Positions 50,579 to 61,125 of a stretch of 64,000 nucleotides of DNA are shown here, piece by piece (position 1 is the stretch's first letter; every line of letters begins with the position of its first letter). The DNA comes from Utricularia gibba. Taxonomy: Eukaryota; Plantae; Magnoliophyta. Location of the stretch: assembly GCA_002189035.1 (NCBI GenBank), contig NEEC01000016.1, positions 1,798,001 through 1,862,000 of the forward strand, read 5' to 3'. The position numbers were made by a program, and so were the translations under genes. The notes under the pieces are model-generated. The model saw only the letters and a program-made list of their open reading frames with translations. It made no database searches and was not told the origin of the DNA.

Positions 50579-52585
50579 ATGGATCACTCTATCATTAGGC
50601 AGAGTGATTCTCCGGATTACAGCACTCCACCTAAACAGGGAAGAAAGAAGAAATCTATTGTCTGGGATCACTTCACTCTTGTGTATACCAGTGATGATTG
50701 TGCGAAGGCTAATTGTAATCACTGCAAGAGATCATTTGCTTATATGTCTGGTTCAAAGCAAGTTGGGACGAGTCACCTGAAACGGCATATTTTACAGGGA
50801 ATCTGCCCCGCGGGCCCGGAAATTAAGAAAAGAAAGCAACTTGCAAAATGTTCAACGAATCCTAAAGCTAGGATTTCTTTGGATGGAAACTTGACGAGGA
50901 AGCGCTGCCAAGCTTCCAATCAAGGGACCGTCCTTTATTTTAATGGAGATGAGTGTTGCCAAAACCTTGCTAAGATGATTATCCAACAAGACTACCCACT
51001 CCGCATGGTTGAGCAGGCTGGGTTTATTGACTTTGTACAAACACTTGACCCGAACTATAGCTTACCCAGTGCAGACTCCGTGCAAGAGAAAATTATGGAT
51101 ATGTATCTCAAGGAAAAGCAGACGCTCTCATGTGCTCTTAGTTCCATGCCAGGCCATCTTAGCCTTACGGTGGATGTGTGGCGGTCCGTTCAAGGTTCAA
51201 CCTATGCTGTTATCGCAGGCCACTTTGTTGATGAGGAATGGAAGTTACAGAGAAGAATCTTTAACGCCATTAGTCTTGAGTGTCCAGATTCAGATTCAGC
51301 ACTCAGTGAAGCTGTTGCCTCATGTCTATCTGATTGGAAGTCCAATGACAAGCTTTTAGCAGTTTCCATCGATCGCTGTTGTGCAAGTGACAATGCCATT
51401 GAAAACATCAGGAGCCTTCTTTCAATCAAGAACTCCCTCATCCTTAATGGTCAGTTATTGCTCAAAGACTGCTATGCTTGTATATTGAGAAGTCTCGCTG
51501 TGGAGACACTGGGGTATATCAGTGCAACAGTTGAAAAGGTTCGTTGTAGTGTTAATCTTATTAAAGCTTGTAAAGATCGTGAAGAAATGTTTATCAGATT
51601 GAAACAGAAGCTTCAAGTGCCTAGTGTAAAGAATTTGGTGATTGATGATGCGATGAGGTGGGATACCACATATCTGATGCTGGTGTCTGCTTGCGAGCTG
51701 AAGCAGGTGTTCTCCTGTATGGATGCTTCCGATGATGCCGAGTACAATCCGACTATATCAATGGAGGAATGGCAATCCGTTCAGTATGTGTGTGACCTTC
51801 TGAAACTATTCCATGATGCAGCCACCAACCTTACTTCAAATCAACACCGGACAACCAACATGTTCTTCCATGAAGTTTTCAACCTTCACTTTGAACTGAT
51901 GATTGCTGCTGTGAAACCAGATCCAATTGCTAGTAAGTTGGCCACCCCATTGCACGAAAGATTTTCCAAATACTGGGAGGACTGCAGCCAGGTTTTAGCC
52001 GTTGCCGTTGCAATGGACCCCCGATTCAAAATGATGCTTGTGGACTTCACATTTTCCAAGATTTATGGTGAGGCCTCCGCATCCTACGTCAACATGGTGA
52101 ATGACAGCCTACAAGAGCTCTTTCTCGAGTATGTAGTGCAAGCCCTTCCACCGCCCACCTTTGTGCAAGAAGAAAGCGATCCCCTGGTGATAGCAGAGGT
52201 GCCAGCCATACAACATCTCCCCGCCGTGGACAACCGTCATGATTTCGACATCTACATCTCCGATTACACTGTCGAGCAGCAGTTGAAGACAGAACTGGAG
52301 AGCTACCTGGAGGAGCCCTTATTGCCACGCTCGGAACATTTCGATGCTCTCGGGTGGTGGAAGTCCAACAGCTGCAGGTATCCAACCCTCTCCAAACTTG
52401 CTGCCGATGTTCTGTCTATTCCGGTCTCCACTCTGTCCGGAGAGGCGGTGTTCGAATCCGGACACAGACAGTTAGGCAGCCACCGGAGCTCATTGAGCAG
52501 CTCGGTGCTGCAGGCCGTCGTGTGTGCCAAGGACTGGCTTTGCCATGACACTTCTTCTGATATGCATTCCTCCTGTTCAGAGTGA
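50579..52585 (+). CDS. DAYSLEEPER/RICESLEEPER-like domesticated hAT transposase, copy 1 (BED zinc finger, RNase H-like core, hATC dimerisation domain)
   Basis: RKKKSIVWDHF...CNHCKRSFAYMSGSKQVGTSHLKRHILQGIC (BED); LAKMIIQQDYPLRMVEQAGF; SLTVDVW; ENIRSLLSIKNSLILNGQL; RWDTTYLML; LAVAVAMDPRFKMMLVDFTFSKIYG; WWKSNSCRYPTLSKLAADVLSIPVST. Intronless CDS with an upstream 5' UTR exon/intron; no TIRs seen. Confidence 0.93.
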   Translation: MDHSIIRQSDSPDYSTPPKQGRKKKSIVWDHFTLVYTSDDCAKANCNHCKRSFAYMSGSKQVGTSHLKRHILQGICPAGPEIKKRKQLAKCSTNPKARISLDGNLTRKRCQASNQGTVLYFNGDECCQNLAKMIIQQDYPLRMVEQAGFIDFVQTLDPNYSLPSADSVQEKIMDMYLKEKQTLSCALSSMPGHLSLTVDVWRSVQGSTYAVIAGHFVDEEWKLQRRIFNAISLECPDSDSALSEAVASCLSDWKSNDKLLAVSIDRCCASDNAIENIRSLLSIKNSLILNGQLLLKDCYACILRSLAVETLGYISATVEKVRCSVNLIKACKDREEMFIRLKQKLQVPSVKNLVIDDAMRWDTTYLMLVSACELKQVFSCMDASDDAEYNPTISMEEWQSVQYVCDLLKLFHDAATNLTSNQHRTTNMFFHEVFNLHFELMIAAVKPDPIASKLATPLHERFSKYWEDCSQVLAVAVAMDPRFKMMLVDFTFSKIYGEASASYVNMVNDSLQELFLEYVVQALPPPTFVQEESDPLVIAEVPAIQHLPAVDNRHDFDIYISDYTVEQQLKTELESYLEEPLLPRSEHFDALGWWKSNSCRYPTLSKLAADVLSIPVSTLSGEAVFESGHRQLGSHRSSLSSSVLQAVVCAKDWLCHDTSSDMHSSCSE

Positions 52586-53306
52586 TGATGCAGTTTTGCT
52601 CCACCCACATTACACCTCCAATTTTATAGCACTTTTATTTAATATACTTTGTATGATGTCTTTTATAAATACTTCAAATAAAAATGACTCAGATGATCTT
52701 CATTAGAATATAACTTATTTAATTGCTTAGATATTATAGTTTTAATAATCAAAATTAACGTAAAAAAATGTATTGTTGCCAAAATTAGGCTATATTCTAT
52801 TTTTGACAGCACGACGTCGAAAGAGAATGCCCCGGATTTGCATCGGAATGCGGTAGGCTAGGGTTTTAGAGAACCCTCATCCTCAGCGGCTTCTATGTTC
52901 TGCGTCCTGTGGCCTGTTCCGCCGGTGATTCGTTATCGGAGGAGCACTACAGATTGAACCTCGCTGCCCTGGAAACACTGGCTGTTGCGCTACTGCAGTG
53001 AGAAAAATAATTGTGGTTTCTAACTTATGATTTCTGCTTAATATGTGGAAAACTGTTTCAATGTTTGGGTACCTGCTAAGATGCATAATGCCTGAGGTTT
53101 CACCAGTGAAGAAAGCATATGAGCATACTGCATGATCAGGTGCTTCTGTCAAAGCTAAAGATTTTTCGAATAGTTCCACCTTCCTTTCCGTTTTTATTTT
53201 TATTTTTGTTGAATATGCTATGTATTATGGATAATGGGCTCGTTTGACTTTTAAATTTTCGTTCTCAGTATCGTCTGATTTTCCGTGGGCATGTGGGATG
53301 TGTACA

Positions 53307-55310
53307 ATGGATCATACTATCAGTCAGAATGATTGTCTGGGTATTGATACTCCGCCTAAAAAAGGACGAAAGAAAAAATCTATGGTCTGGGATCACTTCA
53401 CTATTGAGGATGCTGGTTATGATCGCGTGAGGGCTACTTGTAACCACTGCAAGAAATCATTTGCATATATTTCTGGCTCAAAGCAAGCAGGGACGAGCCA
53501 TCTAAAACGGCATATTGCATTGGGAATCTGCCCGGTGGGCCAGAAAATTCAGAAGAGAGAGCAGCTTGAACCATGTTCTGCGGCTCGCAAAGCTAATGTC
53601 ACTTTGGATGGCAACTTGACTAGGAAGCGTTACCAAGCTTCCAATCAAAGGACCATCCTTTATTTTAATGGAGATGAGTGTTGCCAAAACCTTGCTAAGA
53701 TGATTATCCAACAAGACTACCCACTCCGCATGGTTGAACAGGCTGGGTTTATTGACTTTGTACAAGCACTTAACCCGAGCTATAGCTTACCCAGTGCTGA
53801 CTGCGTGCAAGAGAGAATTATGGATATGTATCTCAAGGAGAAGCGGACGCTCTCATGTGCTCTTAGTTCCATGCCAGGTCATCTTAGCCTTGCAGTGGAT
53901 GTGTGGCGGTCCGTTCAAGGTTCAACCTATGCTGTTATCGCAGGCCACTTTGTTGATGAGGAATGGAAGTTACAGAGAAGAATCTTTAACGCCATTAGTC
54001 TTGAGTGTCCAGATTCAGATTCAGCACTCAGTGAAGCTGTTGCCTCATGTCTATCTGATTGGAAGTCCAATGACAAGCTTTTAGCAGTTTCCATCGATCG
54101 CTGTTGTGCAAGTGACAATGCCATTGAAAACATCAGGAGCCTTCTTTCAATCAAGAACTCCCTCATCCTTAATGGTCAGTTATTGCTCAAAGACTGCTAT
54201 GCTTGTATATTGAGAAGTCTTGCAGTGGAAGCCTTGGACTATATCAGTGGAACACTGGAAAAGGTTCGTTGCGGTGTGAATTTTATCAAGGCTTCAAAAG
54301 ACCGTGAAGAAATGTTTATTGGATTGAAACAGAAGCTTCAAGTGCCTAGTCTAAAGAAGTTGGTGACTGATGATGTGATGAGGTGGGATACCACCTATCT
54401 GATGTTAGCGTCTGCTTGTGAGCTGAAGGAGGTTTTCTCTTGTATGGATACTTGCGATGGTACAGAGTACAATTCGAATCTATCAATGGAGGAATGGGAA
54501 TGTGTTCAGTGCGTCTGTGATTTATTAAAATTGTTCCATGATGCAGCCACCAAGCTTACTTCACCTCAGTACCCAACAACCAACATTTTCTTCCATGAAG
54601 TTTATAATATTCATTTTGAACTTATGAATGCAGCTGTGAGGCCAGATCCATTTGTTAGTAAGTTGACCTCCCCATTGCATGAAAGATTTTCCAAATACTG
54701 GGAGGACTGCAGCCAGATTTTAGCAGTTGCCGTTGCAATGGATCCTAGATTTAAAATGATGCTTGTGGACTTCACCTTTTCCAGGATTTATGGTGAGGTA
54801 TCCACATCGTGTGTCGCTGTGGTTAATGACGGCCTACATGAGCTCTTTCTCGAGTATGTAGTGCAAGCCCTTCCACCGCCTACCTTTGTGCAAAAAGAAA
54901 GTAATCCCCTGGTGAAAAGAGAGGTTCCCGAGATAGACATGCTTCCTACTTCTGTCAACTTTGATGATTTCGACATCTACATATCCGATTACACTGTTGA
55001 GCAGCAGTTGAAAACAGAAATAGATCAATATCTGGAGGAGCCTTTATTGCCCCGTTCTCAAGATTTCGATGTTCTTGGATGGTGGAAATCCAACAGGTGT
55101 AGGTATCCAACCCTCTCCAAACTTGCGGTTGATGTATTGTCTATTCCGGTCTCCACCCTCTCTGGAGAGTCCGTGTTCGATACTCGGCGCAGACAGTTGG
55201 GCATTCATCGGAGCACACTGAGCAGCTCATTGCTGCAGACACTCATCTGTGCCAAGGACTGGCTTCAGCCTGAGTCTTCTGCAGATGCCCTGGACATCCA
55301 TTCGGATTAG
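53307..55310 (+). CDS. DAYSLEEPER/RICESLEEPER-like domesticated hAT transposase, copy 2 (tandem paralogue)
   Basis: Same domain order as copy 1 and collinear with it. Start set at ATG 53307 (MDH) by homology with copy 1; the ORF is open from 53244. Confidence 0.93.
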   Translation: MDHTISQNDCLGIDTPPKKGRKKKSMVWDHFTIEDAGYDRVRATCNHCKKSFAYISGSKQAGTSHLKRHIALGICPVGQKIQKREQLEPCSAARKANVTLDGNLTRKRYQASNQRTILYFNGDECCQNLAKMIIQQDYPLRMVEQAGFIDFVQALNPSYSLPSADCVQERIMDMYLKEKRTLSCALSSMPGHLSLAVDVWRSVQGSTYAVIAGHFVDEEWKLQRRIFNAISLECPDSDSALSEAVASCLSDWKSNDKLLAVSIDRCCASDNAIENIRSLLSIKNSLILNGQLLLKDCYACILRSLAVEALDYISGTLEKVRCGVNFIKASKDREEMFIGLKQKLQVPSLKKLVTDDVMRWDTTYLMLASACELKEVFSCMDTCDGTEYNSNLSMEEWECVQCVCDLLKLFHDAATKLTSPQYPTTNIFFHEVYNIHFELMNAAVRPDPFVSKLTSPLHERFSKYWEDCSQILAVAVAMDPRFKMMLVDFTFSRIYGEVSTSCVAVVNDGLHELFLEYVVQALPPPTFVQKESNPLVKREVPEIDMLPTSVNFDDFDIYISDYTVEQQLKTEIDQYLEEPLLPRSQDFDVLGWWKSNRCRYPTLSKLAVDVLSIPVSTLSGESVFDTRRRQLGIHRSTLSSSLLQTLICAKDWLQPESSADALDIHSD

Positions 55311-55573
55311 TTCCTTTCAGAATGGATCCCTCACTGATGCAATTTTGCTCTACCCAGCTCAGTTAGATACATAGAGCTCTTTGAATGTTTCCTTGTAAAA
55401 ATCAGGAAAGGTTTTGGTTGATCATGTAACTCATGTTTTTCATCGAAAATGAAACTATTCCGGTGGAAGTTCAGCAAGGAAAGAGGCCAACTCAGTTATG
55501 CAAGCCTTAGAAAGGGAAAAAGATACAGACAGAGCCTAGTAAATTAAAAATCTCATGGGCGAAGGGCGTTTCT

Positions 55574-56474
55574 TCATTTTTTTCTCTTGGATGGTCGTTT
55601 CTCCTCCTCTTCATCACTTTCTCCATCATCTTCTTCATCCTCATCTGCATCCTCATCATCACCATCGCTATCCTCGCCATCCTCTTCATCATCATCACTC
55701 CCGCCACCTCCAGCACCGGCATTGGCGTCCAATCCATCATCAGAATTGCCATCTGCATCACCATCACCACCATCTTCTCCTGAAAAATCATCATCCTCAT
55801 CAATGTCATCGCCATCGCCATCACCATCATTGGCCACTTCATCCTCATCATCATCGCTTTCGACAGCATCCTTGTTCTCATCTGACTCTGCAACCTTGTT
55901 GACACTTCCAACTGCACATCTACAAAAAGAGGGACTTGGGTGGTGTCAGCTACCTGTGTTGAAGGGAACCGTAAAGTGTGCAGTGAAAACTTCAAATTAC
56001 CCTATTTTCATCTCTGAGGAAGGTGAGGGTATGCAGACATCCACAAGCAATAACCTACTCTGAAGAACAGAAACAACCACAGTATCAAGTTTTCATCCCC
56101 ATAAAGCAATTTACAAGAAAAAATCCCTGAACGGTTTTTCGTGATATTCAACGTGTAATCTGAAGCAACCAAACCAAGTGAACAAAAACAACAAACCAGA
56201 TTTACATCAGGAACAAGAATTAAGTTCATTCAAATACCTATCTTGGGTTTACTTCCACCAAACGATTTTTATCACACAATGAGTCAATTCTAAAAAAACA
56301 AAAAAAACAAAAAAACCACCATTTACGTAAGTCTGGAGAAAAAGCAGCAGAAAGTAGGCAGGGTGTGCTTGAGCATACCAAGTTCAGGAGCAAAAAGAGT
56401 GGTACTTGAGCAGCTGCAAGAACCCAAACCCTTTCAGTAGTATGAACAGCAGCGGGACGGCAGGGCTCCTCCAT
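55574..56474 (-). CDS. Small acidic (D/E-rich) protein with a C-terminal basic NLS, 3 exons, function unknown
   Basis: Assembled with in-phase GT-AG junctions: MEEPCRPAAVHTTERVWVLAAAQVPLFLLLNL-VIACGCLHTLTFLRDENR-CAVGSVNKVAESDENKDAVESDDDEDEVANDGDGD...DDDFSGEDGG...EEEEKRPSKRKK*. Confidence 0.75.
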
Positions 56475-59400
56475 TTCTCGGTAGTCTGGAGTCCTTTGAC
56501 CTACCCACAAAAGTCACCGAAGGCTGATAGCAGAATTTGGGGCGGCCTTGAAATGACGACCTGTGAGAAGGTAGATGTTTATCAAATACCATTTTTGAAA
56601 AATTTCTAATAAAACTCAAATTTCAAAAGTTTCATTTCAAAATACATGTAAATTTTATAAAAGTGTACAAAATTAACCTTGTTTTTAAAACATTGTAATT
56701 TAATTTTTCAAGTTTTAAAAACTTGTAATTTTAATTACCAAAATGAATGTAAAATGAATTTATTTAATAAATTACCAAAATGTTCAAAAGCATATCTATT
56801 TTTATTTTCTTTAAGTTAGTTTACTAATATTAAAATTTAAATTATTTAAAATACAATAACCAAGGTCACAAATTCATATAAAATACCCATCGACTTTTTC
56901 TAATTCAATATTAATGATAATATTCCATCACATATCAAAACAAAAGATGTTACTCAAATCATCCATCTAATTCTTGTTTGTTTCAAGGTCATGTTGTTGT
57001 TATTTGCTAACTATTGATAGTTTTTGGATATTCTCATTTAGATTTCTACCATCAGAAACCACATGCTTTTTATGTAAAAAATTATATATTGTCATTGCAT
57101 TAACTTATGTTTATAAGAGGGTGTTTAATAGGATAGTATAGAATAGTTATATCCAAGTTTACATATATACCACTTTTTAATTAACTAGTATATGTATATT
57201 GATCTTATATGTCTATACTATTCATATATTCAATATTTTAGAGTATGTAAGTAGTATACACAAATGGAGGAGTGAGGAAAAGAAAAGCTAATTATATATA
57301 TACTATTCACATATTTAGATGTTTATTCTAGGATATCGATCATTATATATAATTGTATATATGCATATTTAATTCCATTATACTTAAGTATACTAATGCT
57401 CTGCTATCAAACGATCTTTAAGGGTGAATTATGGAAAATCATAGTTGATTATATGAAATCTATTTTTCCAAACATCGAAGGCTTGCTTGCAACATTTAGA
57501 AGTGATAAGTATTTATAGTTGAACAGATCTTTAGTAGTTCGATAGTGTCCCACACGTTGAAAGTCAAGAAGATAATATATTTGATTTTGGAATGTTGTCA
57601 TGTATTCCATCATATTGCAAAACTCAAAATCTACAAAGTGATTTATAATATGAAAAATTACAAATAAAAAATACCTTAAACTTAGAAACAAGTAATTAAT
57701 ACTATGCAATTTAAGAATTACACCTAATGATGGTTTGGGAAAATTGCAATGATCATTGTCTTAACATTCCTACAAAATTCTACTATCATGACAAATGCTT
57801 CATTTTCAACTATGGACAAAAAGAAACTCATATTAAAGTCATAAGTGTGAATATATTTTGTGTTGGTTTACTTTTGAAAATCTTTCATCATAACCGAAGC
57901 TTGAATATATGTTTCATTGATTACACCAATTTAATCTTTGAAATATTAAGCACATACTTGCAAAACATTTTTGAATGCTATGTGTTAAGTACCACTAGCT
58001 TGATGGAAAATATCTAATAAATATTGATTGGTATCACAATGGCCACTTGTTTTAAGAAATATTCCAACCTCTTCATCAAGCCACCTATTTACTTTTTTTA
58101 AATCCATATTAATACACTAAAAATGTACATATCAGCAGAAAAGTTCTAATGTCCAAATGCAGTAAGTTGTAAACTCAAAAATCATGGTTGTTAAGCATGT
58201 CTAAAAATTAAAATCAACAGCTAATTAGATGATTATAAATTGGTTATTTCTCTATATATTGCTTGAAATATACTGCAACGAGCCTCATTATTTGCAAATC
58301 CTAATTCAAACAAGACACATCATCATCGAACAGGCTACTATTATCTAATAAATGATCAAATATAACTTGTCTACAAGAACAAATAAAGACATAATCGATT
58401 ATAATTTCAATTATAAAGAAATAAAAATGCTAGAAATACCATCCAAAGTTGAATAAACTATGATTTAAATATAAAGAGTTGAAATCTTTTGAATTATATG
58501 ACAATATAAGAATAAAAATATCACAAGAAAACAACTAGTATCATTCAAAAGTCCAAAGTATGATAAAACAATATAAATCACAAGAAAACATAAACAATTA
58601 CAAGTAAATCTTAAACATAATCATACATTGATCTTTGTAATATAACGCAACTTTTATTTTATTTTTTCAAATATCTTGTTTTCATTTTTCAAGTATCATC
58701 AATTAGCATTGATATTATTTTGAAATTTTTTAAATTTTTTATCGGATTACATTTTATTTTAAAATTGAAAAGACTTATATAAAATGAATTGAGATTATGT
58801 AGATTCACTTAATCGTACAACCTCATCCTTTGCAATAATAAAAAAAATTCACCAGAAAATAAGCACAATGCTTAAAACCTCTTTGATAATTTTAAAGATT
58901 TGTTTGAAACTACCTTGGGTGATTGTTTGTTGGTTTCCTTTACACATACTGTTAAAAGATTTGCTGACTTAAAACTGAATTTTTTTTTTCTAAATTACAC
59001 TTAATTTGATAACAAAAATATTTAAATCAAATGCTACCTCTATCACCAACCACATAAAATGAATGTAGTATCTATGATTTTTTTAGTTTTTTGAAATTAC
59101 ATTTATTTTGATAATGAGAAAGATTTTATTAAAAAACAAATTAGGGTCATATATGATTTGGATATCTTTGATGATATTTGGTGATACATATTGTATAGAT
59201 ATCTTGGAATTTATCCCACAAGAAGATGTCGTTAATTAAGAATTTGGTTGTATGTTGCTGCTAAATGAAAAGGAAAATGGTGGAAACCACCAATCCTCGA
59301 TCATCTGAGAGTCATGTTGATATTCCTGGATTCTTTTCTTAGTTAGAGAGTGGCGAGGCATGCTATCCTGGGTATGCCAGCCATGACATTTTTTAGAAGA

Positions 59401-60209
59401 GTACTACTATTGAATCGGTCTTGTCTAGGTTGCCGCTTTCTAATGGATTTCAGCCTATCATGCCAAAATCATCTTTTTGCAATGTTCCATCAATGATTGA
59501 GCCATTTGGCTGGCAGAAATTTCAGATGGCCTCATGGGGGTATCATGAACCATGGCCTTGACCTGCACGGCAAAACTATAATGTTGTATCCTAGAATGAT
59601 GGGTTCAATGGAAATATTTTTATATCGTGATGGAGAAGCATTGGTCCTCAGTAGAAGGGTGGGTTGGCATCAAAGGGAGAATGGATGATTGAAACTACTT
59701 TTTCTTGCATGACATGGAACTAACATTATTAAGTGCTAATGGCAATTCCCTTGCTTCGCAGAATGGTCAGTCCTTTTGTAGAGTTCATTCAAGCGAAGTA
59801 ACATGGAATGGGATGAGCAGCTGCTTTACTTTTGATAACATCAAAGGAAATTTTGTAGTAACAGTAAAAACTCAAGTGAGATGCAATGCATTTACTTTAA
59901 TGTCGGAAGGTGGGCTGAGTAAGGATGTGATGGATATGATTCCGCGAGAGATAAATGGACACTTTTCTAATCTAATGTTGACCCATTTTGCTTCAATATT
60001 AATTCTTATACTTTTGCAAATATGCAATGAGGTTCAAAAGACTTTTATAATAGTGGAGCTGATAACACATATTTTTCAATGTTTTAAGATTATAAAATGA
60101 TTAATATTATGCTATAAAATTAGGAATTTACTAAGCATTTCTGTATTTTCATAATTAATAGTATTGTTTAAATTTTTTTATTCCAGATTTGTAGTCCTTT
60201 GTTGTGCAC

Positions 60210-61125
60210 TGATACCAATTGTGATGATCCACGACCTGCACCCTAGACGCTAAGGTAATTACTAACACCCCAACACTCCCCAAGGGTGTCTAATCATTGT
60301 GGGATAGGCTAGGAATATATGTATGGGTGCAACTTTTCTTTGTCTTATTGCCACTTCTAGCACTTGATGATCCTTGGTGGCATCCCTTGCCATATCCTCT
60401 CGCCATGACCCGCTCATGCATACCACTTAACACGAAGGGCATGTTTTATTAATAATCAAGAATCAATCTTCCAAATACGCACAACATAGCATATGTGTAC
60501 AACACCATAACACAAGGGAAACATATGCATAAAAGACACATCAAATAGTACTATGTAAAGAAAAGGGAAACAAGACAACATACTCTGCCATGATACCACA
60601 TGTCCAACCCTCTATCGATCATGGCTCACTCGGGATCCACCTCAATTGCCCTCACCTCACCGCCAACCTCGCCAACTACATAAAAAAGATTAAGGGGCCA
60701 GTCCTATTGTGGGAGCCTCCCTCCCTAAGGATCAATTACACATATCCACATATCATATCAATATGCTACCCATGCTCAACATCTCCATATCATCTTGCAT
60801 CAATCCGTAACTCTTCTTGCCACATGTCTGTGCCCTTCCACATAGTATGCACGAATGGTTCTCACCCAACAAGTCCCATGCACTTGCTGTTGCTGTGATG
60901 GCCTTGATCATGACCCTGCCTACCCTTGCATGAGCTCTGGTTCGCTTGTAATCGGCCCTCGTACCTATTAACACAAAGACCCCACACGTCTAGGATCTCT
61001 CCCACTAAACACGCCCACTCAGCATTGTCGCCATGATCGTAGTTTGATGGCCCCCGCTTATTACTCATGTGGCTCATCATTAGCGGCCTTGCCACATTGC
61101 CATTGGGGTGCACTCCTCAATCACA
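60210..61125 (-). mobile_element. 5' LTR (60220-61125) with adjacent tRNA-iMet PBS; internal region lost
   Basis: Termini TGTGAT...ATCACA form a 6-bp perfect inverted repeat. The minus-strand PBS TGGTATCA lies at 60210-60217, followed almost immediately by unrelated AT-rich DNA. Confidence 0.75.

Noticed and set aside
55507-56063. Met-rich 162-aa ORF and Ser-rich antisense 158-aa ORF
   Set aside because: These are alternative or antisense frames of the GAT/GAA-rich acidic protein exon.
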